Under the pieces are notes generated by a model. The model was not told where the DNA came from and did not search any database. It worked only from the letters and a program-made list of their open reading frames with translations. A stretch of DNA of 64,000 nt from Candidatus Kapaibacterium sp. (lineage in GTDB: Bacteria > Bacteroidota > Ignavibacteria > Kapaibacteriales > Kapaibacteriaceae): positions 27,286 to 91,285 of the forward strand of contig VERF01000001.1 of assembly GCA_018882895.1 (NCBI GenBank). The letters are read 5' to 3'. Shown piece by piece: positions 8,552-19,091 of the stretch; the stretch's first letter is position 1, and every line of letters begins with the position of its first letter. The position numbers were made by a program, and so were the translations under genes.

Positions 8552-10669
8552 ATGCTATGTGATCTGAAACGCGGTTGTCTGGCGGTTCTCGCCTTTGCCG
8601 CCGTATTGTTCGCGACGGCGTCTGGACAGCCCCTTCCAGTGGCCGTCTATGATACGTTCGACGAAAACGTAGGAGGGTGGATCGAAGGGGGCTCGCTCGG
8701 ACGCAATTCAAGTCTGGTAAACGGAGTGTATCGTGTCGATCAGCGTTCGGCACCTGCGGACTTTCTTGCCGATGTGGGTTACTTCGTCGACTACGGTAAG
8801 GATTTCGATATTGAGATCAAGATGCGTCAGGTCAACGGCACGACCGCCTCTGCCTTCGGTCTGTTTTGGGGATCACGCGAGGGCTACAGCCACAACGCAT
8901 TGCTCATCAGCGGGTCGGCTCGATATCGCGTGTATTCGCTGCGCAATGGAGCGGTGACGGACATCCAACCGTGGACGCCGTTTGACGGTCTGCCGCCAAT
9001 GCAAAACTGGTTCACGATCACCATCAGAAAGCGTGGACTGGGGATGAGCGTGCTTGTTAACGACGCAACGTTGTTTGCCTTCCAGCAGCCACCGATCTTT
9101 GGCAGCAAGATCGGCGTCATCGTTGGACCTCAGCTGACCGTTGAGTTTGATGACCTGTACATCCGTCAGTTTCAGGACTCTATCAAGACCATCGACGACG
9201 AGATCGTCATCGGTGAGCCCGAAAGCCTCGGCCCGCAGGTCAATAGTACAGGCGGCGACATCTCGCCTGTGATCACGGCCGACGGAAAGCGTCTCTACTT
9301 TGGACGGTACCCGCACAAGGATAACATCGGCGATACGCTGACAGAGGACATCTGGTACACGGACCTTCAGCCTGACGGAACATGGGGTCCGGCCAAGAAC
9401 CAAGGGCCTCCGCTGAACAATTACAGTTCGAACTTCCTGGTCAGTATTGCGCCGGACCGCAACTCTGCGATCGTCGGCAACACCTATTACTCGAACGGTG
9501 CGCCAAAGGGATCGGGGATATCATCAACGTTCATGACCGAGCGTGGGTGGAGTATTCCGACCGAAGTGAAGGTTGACAAATACTACAACGAAGACGAGTA
9601 CTCCGAGCTGTGTCTTGATCCTACTGGCATGGTGCTGATGATGGCCGTGCAACGCAGTGATGGCCTTGGACAGAAGGATCTGTACATCTCACGCCGCAAG
9701 GCCAATGGCATGTTCACCGAACCTGTCAACTGCGGACCGTCGATCAATACGTGGGGAAATGAGATATCGCCCTTTATCTCCGCCGACGGCGCAACGATCT
9801 TCTTTGCTACGGATGGCCGCAAGGGATACGGCGACATGGACATTTGGATGTCGAGGCGACTCGATGACACGTGGACAAACTGGAGCGAGCCCCACAATGT
9901 TGGTCCGGTGATCAACACACCTACTTGGGATGCGTACTTTACGATTCCTGCAAGAGCGGATTATGCCTACTTCAGCGCCGCTAGCCCTGATGACGGGAGT
10001 TCGGATCTATACCGCATCCGACTGGCCAAGGGACTGAAGCCTCTGCCTGTTGCTCTGATAAGCGGGCGAGTGCTGAACGCGGCAACCAAGAAGCCCCTTG
10101 CCGCAGCCGTCACGTATGAAAGTCTTACCAAGGGTAAGGAAGTTGGCATCGCGCGTTCTGAGCCTACCAATGGCGCCTACTCGATCGTTCTGCCCGTTGG
10201 TGACATGTACGGCTTCCGTGCCGAGCTCGATGGATTCTATCCGGTCAGTGACCAGCTCGACACGCGAAAGCTCACGGAGTACTCCGAGATCACCAAAGAC
10301 CTGTTGCTGGCACCAATTGCGAAGAGTCAGGTTGTCACACTAAACAATCTGTTCTTCGAGTTTCGCATGGCAACGATCCGTCCGGAGTCCTTTGCCGAGC
10401 TGGATCGCTTTGCGCAGTTACTGAAGAGTCGCCCCAAGATGCTTGTCGAACTTGGCGGTCATACCGATAACGTCGGAAGTGCCGCTGCGAACAAGGAACT
10501 CTCCCGGCAGCGCGTCATGTCAGTCAAGGATTATCTTGTAGCCAAGGGCATTGAGGCGTCTCGTATGGCGGTCATGCCGTATGGTGCTTCAAAGCCGATC
10601 TTCGACAATGCGACCGAAGAAGGTCGCCGACGTAATCGTCGTGTTGAGTTCACGATATTGGCTGACTGA
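8552..10669 (+). CDS. OmpA-family protein with N-terminal signal peptide, TolB-like beta-propeller repeats, carboxypeptidase-regulatory-like domain and C-terminal OmpA peptidoglycan-binding domain
   Basis: Signal peptide MLCDLKRGCLAVLAFAAVLFATASG; repeated ITADGKRLYF / ISADGATIFFATD TolB-type blades; C-terminal NNLFFEF...LGGHTDNVGSAAANKELSRQRVMSVKDYLVAKGI...RRNRRVEF OmpA_C motif. Confidence 0.8.
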   Translation: MLCDLKRGCLAVLAFAAVLFATASGQPLPVAVYDTFDENVGGWIEGGSLGRNSSLVNGVYRVDQRSAPADFLADVGYFVDYGKDFDIEIKMRQVNGTTASAFGLFWGSREGYSHNALLISGSARYRVYSLRNGAVTDIQPWTPFDGLPPMQNWFTITIRKRGLGMSVLVNDATLFAFQQPPIFGSKIGVIVGPQLTVEFDDLYIRQFQDSIKTIDDEIVIGEPESLGPQVNSTGGDISPVITADGKRLYFGRYPHKDNIGDTLTEDIWYTDLQPDGTWGPAKNQGPPLNNYSSNFLVSIAPDRNSAIVGNTYYSNGAPKGSGISSTFMTERGWSIPTEVKVDKYYNEDEYSELCLDPTGMVLMMAVQRSDGLGQKDLYISRRKANGMFTEPVNCGPSINTWGNEISPFISADGATIFFATDGRKGYGDMDIWMSRRLDDTWTNWSEPHNVGPVINTPTWDAYFTIPARADYAYFSAASPDDGSSDLYRIRLAKGLKPLPVALISGRVLNAATKKPLAAAVTYESLTKGKEVGIARSEPTNGAYSIVLPVGDMYGFRAELDGFYPVSDQLDTRKLTEYSEITKDLLLAPIAKSQVVTLNNLFFEFRMATIRPESFAELDRFAQLLKSRPKMLVELGGHTDNVGSAAANKELSRQRVMSVKDYLVAKGIEASRMAVMPYGASKPIFDNATEEGRRRNRRVEFTILAD

Positions 10670-10682
10670 GCATCGTCGCATC

Positions 10683-13600
10683 ATGAAGACACGATCCATG
10701 GTCGTAGCTCTTCTGCTGGGCATGGCCGTTGCGGCCTTGGCCAGTGATCTTCATGAGGAGAATCTGCCCGACGATCCGGGGCATCGCAGAGCTCAATGGT
10801 ATCAGTTGATTGAGGCAGATCATGCTAACGTGCATGACGTCATCAGACTTCTGCGTCTAGATTCCACCGTCTCGACCAGCAAGCCAAGCCGTCAGGTTCA
10901 GGAGTGCCGACGTTGGATCGCGCGAAACCTACCGCATGCTGATGCTCTCGGGAACGTGGGTCCACTTACCCCATCGCTGAGCGAGATTCTCGGTGAAACG
11001 GCGCGGCGACCAAAGCAGTCCGATGCCGCCCAAGGTGGCCCGGCACGGTGGCAACCCTTGGGGCCTTTTGGCTGGGACACGGCGGCGGTGCTACAGACCG
11101 GCTCGCAGGGTATCGGAGTTGTTCGAACGCATCTTGTCTGGCCAGGATCACCGTCGATAGTTCTTGCCGGAACGATCTCGGCCGGAATCTGGCGCAGCAC
11201 AGATGCGGGACGCACCTGGACGGCCATCGCCCAGGATGAGCCGATACAGGCTGTTTCACGGTACGCCGTTTCCCGCGACACGGTTTACGCAGCAACCAGC
11301 GCAGGACTTTACGTCTCGACTGATAAGGGGCTGACCTTTCGACGTCTTTCACTGGAAGGCGACCTTGCCCTGACCAATGCCGTTTCGGTGGATCTCTGTG
11401 CGGTCGATCCGAACAATCCCAAGAAAATCGTCATCGCCACCCTTGGCCGTTTGTTCCTCTCGGTCGATGCCGGCAAGACCTGGAAGTCGGCCAGCAATAT
11501 GATCGGCACGTGGTGGGATCTTTGCTGGCACACATCAAGCAGTGAAATGGCCTATGGACTCGTACAGATAGAGTCTCATATCAGCTTTGTCCGATCGTCC
11601 AATTCCGGGGTGAAGTTCAATCCTACCGGGCAGGGTTATCCGGCACCTCGTACCGGAACTTCCATGGCCCGCGGTCTGATCGGGCTGACGCCGGCAGCGC
11701 CAAAGATGGTCAGCGTGATGCTTGCCGGCTCGGCAGGAGATGTTGGTGGCGTCTACGGACTTTATGTCTCCACCGATGAAGGGTCGACCTTTGAGCATCG
11801 CTGCTGCGGAAGTGTCGATGGACCGGAGTCACCGAACCTTGACGCGAATCCCAACCTGTTCGATTACGATATCGTCGGCAAGGGTCTGGGGCAGGTGACC
11901 TGGGACATGGGCTTTGCTATCTCTTCTCGTGATCCGCAGTTCATGGTTGCCGCAGGCATCTTCCCATACAGATCAAGCGATGGCGGGCGCACCTGGCGCA
12001 GCCTTCCGCCGATGCACTATGACATTCAGTCCGTCTCGATTGTCGGTGACTCGGTCTGGCTCACTCACGACGGGGGGGTGACTCTCAGCGCCGACCGTGG
12101 CAACACGATCTCCGGAAGAAGCTTCGGAATAAGCGCATCAGAAGTCTGGGGGTTCGATCAGTCGCACGATGGTAGCATCATGGCTATGGGTGCATATCAC
12201 TTGCCGACATTCTTTCGGGATTCGACCGTGTATGCCCCGCAGTTCCCATTCAATGGCTGGTATCCATGGGCCGGTGCTGATGCCATGGGAGCGAACGTCA
12301 ATCCAATCGCCACGGAATGGATCTACGCCAAACCGTGGAGCAACGTGCGCGTGCAACGAACTCGCAGCAAGCTCATTCCTCCGTTGTCTTCGGACCTTGG
12401 AATAGACCTCGGCTATCTGACGATGAATAACATCGAGTTCGACCCCATCCTCTACAACCGCATAGTGGCCATCGATCATAGCACGCAGCGCGTGGTCATC
12501 AGCAATGACAATGCATCCACATGGGCCCCTTTGAAGCAGTTTGTCAACTGGATATCCCGTGTACGCATCCACCCGGCCGATGGACGCCACATCATGGCCA
12601 TTGCCGATGCACAGCTGTGGCGAAGTTCTGATAGGGGGCTGACGTGGACGTCGATCACGCCGCCAAGCAACATTTCACAGGGGCAAGGAATGGCCGATGT
12701 TGCTTTTGATGACCGGCAACCCGACCACATTTATGTGGCCTTTGGCGGTAATCAGCTTCGCGCGAAGGTCGCCGAGTCGACCGATGGCGGACAGACCTGG
12801 ACCTCTATCTCTGAGGGGCTGCCATCCTTTGCGATCTTCACCATGGTACATCGCCGCGGCTCGAGTGATGAACTTTACGTTGGCACCAGCTATGGGGTGT
12901 ATAGGTACACTCCGGCAACGAACTGGGAGCTTTTTGGAACGGGGCTACCGCTGTCGGATGTCAACTTCCTGCACGTCGACGATCCGGGGGCGCGCCTGCG
13001 TGTTGCCACAAATCGCGGACTGTGGCAGATCGACCTTCCTCTGACGACCAGGCCCCATGCATTGATCTCACTTGACGCTGACACGATCCGCTGCTCGCGC
13101 ACTCCGGTGCGATTCGGGTGCCGGTCTGCAGCAGTTGAGACAGCCGGATTCCGCCGAACGTGGAAATTCCCGGCTGGTATTCCAAGTGAGTCGAGTGCGC
13201 CGCTGGTTGACGTCCGCTACCCCGTGCCCGGATCCTACGACGTGACGCTGATCGTTGAAAATGAGTCAGGCAGTGATACGATGATCCTGCGGCGGGCTGT
13301 GACGGTGCTTCCGAGTCAGTGCGATGTGTTCTCCACGGTTGCCGGCAATGCTGCCGACCTTAGAGCACCGCAGGACCACGTCTCGCTTGGACGCTACATC
13401 GGCGTCACCAGAAATTTCAGCTTCACGGCATGGGTAAAGCCCCTTGGCATGCAACCGAACTTCTCTGCGATCCTCTGTACGGATGCCGATCAGGGCGTCT
13501 CGCAAGAGATCGGACTGCAGTTTGTCAACGATCAGAATGAACTCGGCTATCTCTGGACAGGGGGCCGATGGTGGTGGGCATCGGGGCTTAAGCTTCCAAA

Positions 13601-14681
13601 GGATGAGTGGTCTCATGTTGCGCTCACTATCGACAGTTCGGGTGCGACGGTGTACGTCAATGGTATCGGCAGCAAAGATGCAGTACCATTGCAGGCTCAG
13701 GATCTTTCGAGGCTGGTGTTTACTCTTGGCACATATCACTACTGGAGCGAGCGAAATTTCAGCGGACTTATCGACGAGGTCGCCCTGTATGATCGGACGC
13801 TGACGCAGGATGAGATTCGACGCGCAATGCACCTAACACGACGTGGCGCTGAGCCCGGCCTGTTGGCGTATTACCAGTTCAATGAAGCTGCCCGGGGTGT
13901 GATCTTCGATAAGGTCAGCGGCAGTGATGGACGATATCACTCCGGTGCCGGGCCGACCGAATCGGGAGCACTTGTTGGTTCCGGATCAAGTCAGATCGTC
14001 CGAATCAAGCCGGAAACGAGGACGGTCGCTTTCGAACAGCTTGGTGACACCATTGAACTGTTCGCAGCAGCTACGGAGTGGTTCGATCTGGTCATGACAA
14101 GGTTCGACCGCATTCAGGATACTGCCGGGTCAACTCGACCGTTTCACCTCGAACACAGCTGGCGCGTGCTCAACACATTTGGCTCACAGCGCAGTCTTGA
14201 GATCTCTTCACTGAGCCTGTCATGCGATCCGCGAGCTCTTGCCACCGATGCTCAGGACCGGCGCTATGGAGTGCTCACGCGTGCCTCGTGGAGTCCCTCC
14301 GAAGCATGGTCTGGTGCCCGCATGAGCAATAACGAGAGGCTTGAACTTCGAGGGGGCTCGGTGGATGTACGTGCCGACCGTGGACTGTTGACGCCGCTGC
14401 AGCTTGTCGTGACGTATTCGGGTCCGCTTGTGAACGTTGCCACCGATGATCAATCCGGTGATCTCACGGTCAAACCGAATCCGGCGTTCGATATGGTAAG
14501 CCTGCGATCGGGCAGGGGGCTCGGACGCATTACGATCTCGTCCATGGAAGGCCGCACGGTCGTTGCCGTAGACTGCGCACCGGATCAGTTAGAGCACGGG
14601 ATCGACGTCTCAATGCTCCCGCAGGGAACCTACGTTCTGTCAGTCGGGCAGCTGCGCCGGCTGTTGGTCATTCATCACTGA
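10683..14681 (+). CDS. Large secreted BNR/Asp-box repeat (sialidase-like beta-propeller) protein with PKD domain, LamG/concanavalin-like domain and T9SS C-terminal sorting domain; start at ATG 10683 (signal peptide)
   Basis: Multiple SxDxGxTW Asp-boxes (STDAGRTW, SVDAGKTW, SSDGGRTW, SSDRGLTW, STDGGQTW); PKD-like segment; LamG-like segment (EWSHVALTIDSSGATVYVNGI ... FSGLIDEVALYDRTLTQDEI); C-terminal Por-secretion-tail-like ~70 aa (LTVKPNPAFDMVSLRS...ITISSMEGRTVVAV...GIDVSMLPQGTYVLSV). Confidence 0.8.
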   Translation: MKTRSMVVALLLGMAVAALASDLHEENLPDDPGHRRAQWYQLIEADHANVHDVIRLLRLDSTVSTSKPSRQVQECRRWIARNLPHADALGNVGPLTPSLSEILGETARRPKQSDAAQGGPARWQPLGPFGWDTAAVLQTGSQGIGVVRTHLVWPGSPSIVLAGTISAGIWRSTDAGRTWTAIAQDEPIQAVSRYAVSRDTVYAATSAGLYVSTDKGLTFRRLSLEGDLALTNAVSVDLCAVDPNNPKKIVIATLGRLFLSVDAGKTWKSASNMIGTWWDLCWHTSSSEMAYGLVQIESHISFVRSSNSGVKFNPTGQGYPAPRTGTSMARGLIGLTPAAPKMVSVMLAGSAGDVGGVYGLYVSTDEGSTFEHRCCGSVDGPESPNLDANPNLFDYDIVGKGLGQVTWDMGFAISSRDPQFMVAAGIFPYRSSDGGRTWRSLPPMHYDIQSVSIVGDSVWLTHDGGVTLSADRGNTISGRSFGISASEVWGFDQSHDGSIMAMGAYHLPTFFRDSTVYAPQFPFNGWYPWAGADAMGANVNPIATEWIYAKPWSNVRVQRTRSKLIPPLSSDLGIDLGYLTMNNIEFDPILYNRIVAIDHSTQRVVISNDNASTWAPLKQFVNWISRVRIHPADGRHIMAIADAQLWRSSDRGLTWTSITPPSNISQGQGMADVAFDDRQPDHIYVAFGGNQLRAKVAESTDGGQTWTSISEGLPSFAIFTMVHRRGSSDELYVGTSYGVYRYTPATNWELFGTGLPLSDVNFLHVDDPGARLRVATNRGLWQIDLPLTTRPHALISLDADTIRCSRTPVRFGCRSAAVETAGFRRTWKFPAGIPSESSAPLVDVRYPVPGSYDVTLIVENESGSDTMILRRAVTVLPSQCDVFSTVAGNAADLRAPQDHVSLGRYIGVTRNFSFTAWVKPLGMQPNFSAILCTDADQGVSQEIGLQFVNDQNELGYLWTGGRWWWASGLKLPKDEWSHVALTIDSSGATVYVNGIGSKDAVPLQAQDLSRLVFTLGTYHYWSERNFSGLIDEVALYDRTLTQDEIRRAMHLTRRGAEPGLLAYYQFNEAARGVIFDKVSGSDGRYHSGAGPTESGALVGSGSSQIVRIKPETRTVAFEQLGDTIELFAAATEWFDLVMTRFDRIQDTAGSTRPFHLEHSWRVLNTFGSQRSLEISSLSLSCDPRALATDAQDRRYGVLTRASWSPSEAWSGARMSNNERLELRGGSVDVRADRGLLTPLQLVVTYSGPLVNVATDDQSGDLTVKPNPAFDMVSLRSGRGLGRITISSMEGRTVVAVDCAPDQLEHGIDVSMLPQGTYVLSVGQLRRLLVIHH

Positions 14682-16275
14682 GAGAGCCCTCCGGCAGTGA
14701 TGGTCGGACCATTATGGTCTGCTCTCGTTCCAGCACGACTGCGCCGATGTTCGCCCCCTTCGGCTTGCGGACAAATTTCCGCTGTGTGTAAACAACCGGC
14801 ACATATGACGCATTGCGGGCCTGCGAGTAGTAGGCCGTGATGGCTGCCGCTGCTTCGAGGATGGGCTTCGGGATCTTCTCGCTGCGCACGCCGCGTAGGA
14901 CTGCGTGTGATCCGCTGGCCCCACGCACATGTAGCCACCAGTCCTGCTGTCGTGCAAACTTCATTGTCAGTTCGTCATTGTTGGCCGCATTGCGTCCAAC
15001 ATACAGTGTGTGCGAATCATCGAGAGCGAACTCCCGAAACTTCGGCGCGGTCGAAGACGGCTTTTGCTGAGTGTCCATAGCTTCTGTCAATCGGGGGAGT
15101 TCATCCAATGTCGTTGCAGATTCCACGGCTTGGCGCTCCCGCGTCAGCTCCGACAAACGCCGCTCCAGCTCGGGAATGCGCCGTTCGCGCTGCCGCGCCG
15201 CCATCACGGCGTTGCGCGCCTTGGTATAGAGCGAGGTGGCGTTATCTAGGAGGTTGACCTCAGATCGAAGAGGGATGCGTTCCATGGCAGAAGTCGATAC
15301 ATTGATCGCATCGATGTGGTCCACCCCCGAGAGATGGACGTTCTCCTGGGCCATGAGCGTGTCGGCCCATGATCGATAACGTTCGGGTCTGGACGTTGCG
15401 GCATGGTCATCCTGAAGAGCTTGCAGCGTCCGCCGCAGTTTTCCCGAAAGCTGATCGATCATGCGGAGTCGGCGTTGCCGTTGCTCTTGAAACGCCTGCA
15501 TAGTGCGCCGACGCGTCACTACGTGCTGAATGGCTTCGATGACCGAATCATGATGAGCAACGATCTGCCATCCATGCAGTGGAGTCATGGACAAAATCAC
15601 ATCGTCGTTTGCCGACAGCGTAACAAACTCCGGTTGCTCTCGGCAGGTGCGGACAAACTCTAGAGCTTCAGAAAGAACACGCGTGCGCTGCTCGGAGGTT
15701 AGATCGGCGACTCTGCTCATCGCAGGGATTCCGGCACGATGACAGACTTCGGCGGCATAGTGTTTGCCAAGATGAAGTGCGCACGTCGACAGGTCCTGTG
15801 CGAGGGTCAACTCGTGGCGAATAAGTGGTCCACTCGCTGTGTCGGCCGCAATGTGGTAGGATGCTCCGAGCCGATCTGCGCGTGCGCGCAAGGCATCGGT
15901 CACCGTGTTACTTCGGCAGAGGACGATGTTACCTCTTCCTGCGCTGAAGAGTTCCACATGCAATACCTCATGCTCGAACACGAAGGTGATCACACGATCT
16001 GCGTCGACTTTGACCACAGCACCTAGCCTCTGCCCCAATAGGTCCGGGAACACATCGATGCTATTGCGCAGGGCTCTATGTACGGTCTTCCTCGTAGTGA
16101 TCGAGGCATCACGCGGGGATACGTCGATCACCACAGGTATCTGCTCTGCACCGACCTCGAACACAAGGGTTGCAACGTACTTGCGCTGCGACCATGCGCC
16201 GACGAGGCGGCCACCGGACAGTAGCGTTCTCAACTCACTGACCACGTGCTCAAGAGTCAGGAAATGCCCGATCAC
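14668..16275 (-). CDS. rqcH: RqcH/Rqc2-like NFACT-domain protein (fibronectin-binding protein A family; ribosome-associated quality control)
   Basis: NFACT-N-like N-terminus (MIGHFLTLEHVVSELRTLLSGGRLVGAW), central coiled coil, C-terminal NFACT-R/DUF814 (LYVGRNAANNDELTMKFARQQDWWLHVRGASGSHAVL...ASYVPVVYTQRKFVRKPKGANIGAV) closely matching B. subtilis RqcH C-terminus. Confidence 0.8.
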   Translation of the reverse strand: MIGHFLTLEHVVSELRTLLSGGRLVGAWSQRKYVATLVFEVGAEQIPVVIDVSPRDASITTRKTVHRALRNSIDVFPDLLGQRLGAVVKVDADRVITFVFEHEVLHVELFSAGRGNIVLCRSNTVTDALRARADRLGASYHIAADTASGPLIRHELTLAQDLSTCALHLGKHYAAEVCHRAGIPAMSRVADLTSEQRTRVLSEALEFVRTCREQPEFVTLSANDDVILSMTPLHGWQIVAHHDSVIEAIQHVVTRRRTMQAFQEQRQRRLRMIDQLSGKLRRTLQALQDDHAATSRPERYRSWADTLMAQENVHLSGVDHIDAINVSTSAMERIPLRSEVNLLDNATSLYTKARNAVMAARQRERRIPELERRLSELTRERQAVESATTLDELPRLTEAMDTQQKPSSTAPKFREFALDDSHTLYVGRNAANNDELTMKFARQQDWWLHVRGASGSHAVLRGVRSEKIPKPILEAAAAITAYYSQARNASYVPVVYTQRKFVRKPKGANIGAVVLEREQTIMVRPSLPEGSLSDE

Positions 16276-19091
16276 CGACGAGCCCGTTTCTTCTTGCCGG
16301 TTCCTGCAGACGCCATGATTGCCGCCAGGGGGCGAGGCAGAGATGCCGAGAAGCGCCCAACGTGTTGCCTGTCATGAACTGACTGTCGACTCCACCACGA
16401 GCTGAACATTGCAAGGTCGCCAGCCGTGGTATCGGCAGCCAACAACAGGCGAAGTACTGAAGGCTTTGACCTTTCGTCGGTGTGCCCGCCAATGAGCGCA
16501 AGGATCTGAGACATCGGACGCTTGCCAGCCTTGATGAGGCCTTCGATAAGGGCCATGCGGACGATCTGAAGCGTGTCACTCAGAAGTCTCCGGTGATGCG
16601 TCGAGTCACTTGGAAGCAATCTGGAGTGATGATACGCCGCCCTTTGTCGCACGTATGGATGCTCGTCGATGCAGGCCCCCTTCAAAAAACGAACTGCCTG
16701 CGTGTCACTCACTTCACCGATCGTAGCGGCAGCCAAACGACGTCGACGCCACGAGGCATCGTTGAGCATTTGCTGAAGATCGGCAAGCAGCTCTACGCAC
16801 TTGACCTTGCCAATGATTGTGGTGGCCGTTGATACGGTTGCGTTATCCGACGAACGAAGCGCCCTGCGAAGAAGCTCGATGGTTGAGTCGCGGTCGCTCG
16901 CATAAAGGTCCGGCAGAGCGGTCTCAAGGGTGATCCGTTCACGTGGCATTTGAGTCGAGAACTTGGACTCAAGGAACTTCAGGGCTTCGATTCCCCGACG
17001 TCCGATCTCTTTACGTGCCGGTGCTACGTCGCTTTGAAACCGCAGGTGAGAGGCCGATGCCTGCACAAAGAGGCTGTCGATACGCGATGTCAGTGATACG
17101 GGCCGTGCCTGAGCCGCTGGTTGCTTGACTTCGGAAGCGCCAACAAGCTCGGCATCGAGCATCAGGCCGTAGGTCGACCTTACAATCGCTGTGTCATTGC
17201 GAATGGTCTCGCCATAGACGTCGCCTCCAGCCGCATCTATGAACAGCCCGATCATGCCGTAACCGCGTCGCATGTCCGAGTAACCGAGCGTATTGCCCGT
17301 GTTCAATGCACTGTAGCTGTCATTGCCCGATTCATCGTAGAGGATGGAGACCGCATTTGCATTGCCGGCACCCAGCGAAAGGCTCTCGCACACATAACTG
17401 TCATCACCCTCATGGTCGCGAAGAAGTCCGGTCGCAATGTCGTGTCCGCATCCTTGCGAAACTCCGTGAGAACGATACACATCGTCTCCGCGCGCGTCGG
17501 TCAGAACACCCACGGCAAAGTGCACACCGGACCCCTGAGCGTACTGGTAGGCATCGTAGCGGTCATCGCCACCGAGATCGATCAAGGCGCCAAGCCCGAA
17601 CCAGTAGCCGGTGCCTTGACCGTAGATATCGCACGAGTACAGGTCATTGCCCGCCGCGTCGACAAGAAGTGCTGTGCCCCCGGACATGGTAGGGCGCGAC
17701 CCTAGTGCGGCTCCTTGAACGAACGACACCTGATGGTCATCGTAGCGAAGCACATCGGCAAAGGGGCTCACGGCGATATATCGATCGTTACCGGACAGGT
17801 CGCTCAGAACGCCAACGCCGTTGGTCGCCGCAAATGCCTGCGACTGCGCAGCGCAGATGTAGAGGTCATGTCCCGCATCATCAAGAAGCAACCCAATGCC
17901 AACCACACCGGCCCCCTGAGAGTTGGAGCGACTGCGATATACATCGTTTCCCGAAGCGTCCTGTACGATCCCGAAACCGTACGTCCCACTTCCAATTGAG
18001 AAGTCGCGGGCGGCGTATGTGTCGTCACCAGATTCGTCGATCAAGATGCCAACACCAAATCGTCCCGATCCGAGAACATGGTCGCCGCCACGGTATAGAT
18101 CATTGCCATCCAGATCAATGACGACGCTCAGTGATGGTGTCATGGAGTCGACAACCGAGGCTGCTTCGACATCATAGGTGTCATCACCGCCCACATCTAT
18201 GATGAGCGCATATGAACCGGAGTAGGCGTCATTGCCGGCACCTCCGATAGCCACACGGCCAAAAGGCATTGAAAGAACGAAGCTGCTGAGCGAATCGCGC
18301 GACGTGGATACATCACCATCGAAGCGATCCAATGCTTGACGCAGTTCGACGTAGAGTGAGTTACCGATAGAGCAGATATCCGACACGAGCAGTGGATCGA
18401 TGTTTGCGCTGACGGACTTGGTTACGCCTGTGCCGCTGATCTCATTATCGTGTACTTGCCAGAGTGTGAGCTTGTCGTCTTCTTCCGAAGGCGACCATAA
18501 TGAATCAAGTGCCGTGAGAAACGAACCGACAGAGCCGATAGACCCGTAACCCAACTGCGGTGAGTGGCGGGTTGCCAGGGAGTCCTTAGCGGTGATCACA
18601 AGGCCAATGCACTCGGCCAGTAGCCTCTTTACCGGCATCGAACGAGCTTTGTTGCCCATGCGTCCAACTACCTCAGATGCTGTTGAATCGGCAGTCCGTC
18701 CTAGGCTTAATGTTCGCGGAGTGGCGACATCCAATCCGGCAGAAGAGGCAAGCTGAGCGATGGCTCCTCGAACAACATTTCCGTTTCGAGACAGCAGAGA
18801 AGCGGCAACCGAATCGGTCCACGCAACCGAAGCAAGAGGATCGGTAAACAGCTGATCATGAAAGGGGCTGCGGTGTCGGTCCCGATCCAGCATATCCGAT
18901 GGCATTGAAAGGTCCGCCTTACGCATGCCGAGCAGGGAAAGGGACGTATCAACGGCGTGCTGCAGTCGCAAAAAGCCGTTGCCGAGGTCAACCGGACTCT
19001 GAACCTGTGCTACCGAGATGATCGGCAGGAGGACGAAGCCGGCTACCAGAAGCGCCGCAGCGAAGGCAGGATGTAGAACAGGACGCATCAA
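16272..19091 (-). CDS. Secreted hypothetical protein with ~13 periodic (~26-aa) G[ND]DxY...G.G..G.G.L.D beta-roll/RTX-like repeats followed by C-terminal HEAT/PBS-lyase-like repeats
   Basis: Signal peptide MMRPVLHPAFAAALLVAGFVLLPIISVAQ; repeats such as GGAGNDAYSG, GGDDTYDVE, DGNDLYRGGD, SGDDTYAARD, SGNDVYRS, AGNDLYSC, GGDDRYDAY resemble degenerate hemolysin-type Ca-binding nonamers; C-terminal alpha-helical repeats (PYVRQRAAYHHSRLL..., RRRRLAAATIGEVSD...). Confidence 0.65.
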   Translation of the reverse strand: MMRPVLHPAFAAALLVAGFVLLPIISVAQVQSPVDLGNGFLRLQHAVDTSLSLLGMRKADLSMPSDMLDRDRHRSPFHDQLFTDPLASVAWTDSVAASLLSRNGNVVRGAIAQLASSAGLDVATPRTLSLGRTADSTASEVVGRMGNKARSMPVKRLLAECIGLVITAKDSLATRHSPQLGYGSIGSVGSFLTALDSLWSPSEEDDKLTLWQVHDNEISGTGVTKSVSANIDPLLVSDICSIGNSLYVELRQALDRFDGDVSTSRDSLSSFVLSMPFGRVAIGGAGNDAYSGSYALIIDVGGDDTYDVEAASVVDSMTPSLSVVIDLDGNDLYRGGDHVLGSGRFGVGILIDESGDDTYAARDFSIGSGTYGFGIVQDASGNDVYRSRSNSQGAGVVGIGLLLDDAGHDLYICAAQSQAFAATNGVGVLSDLSGNDRYIAVSPFADVLRYDDHQVSFVQGAALGSRPTMSGGTALLVDAAGNDLYSCDIYGQGTGYWFGLGALIDLGGDDRYDAYQYAQGSGVHFAVGVLTDARGDDVYRSHGVSQGCGHDIATGLLRDHEGDDSYVCESLSLGAGNANAVSILYDESGNDSYSALNTGNTLGYSDMRRGYGMIGLFIDAAGGDVYGETIRNDTAIVRSTYGLMLDAELVGASEVKQPAAQARPVSLTSRIDSLFVQASASHLRFQSDVAPARKEIGRRGIEALKFLESKFSTQMPRERITLETALPDLYASDRDSTIELLRRALRSSDNATVSTATTIIGKVKCVELLADLQQMLNDASWRRRRLAAATIGEVSDTQAVRFLKGACIDEHPYVRQRAAYHHSRLLPSDSTHHRRLLSDTLQIVRMALIEGLIKAGKRPMSQILALIGGHTDERSKPSVLRLLLAADTTAGDLAMFSSWWSRQSVHDRQHVGRFSASLPRPLAAIMASAGTGKKKRARR

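Noticed and set aside
17121-17705. 194-aa plus-strand ORF and several other 100-230-aa antisense ORFs (e.g. 12138-12590, 13266-13832, 26128-26622, 35524-36111, 39546-40160, 48112-48807, 60989-61909)
   Set aside because: Each lies fully inside and antisense to a strongly supported gene. Long spurious antisense ORFs are expected at this GC content; none shows a domain signature.
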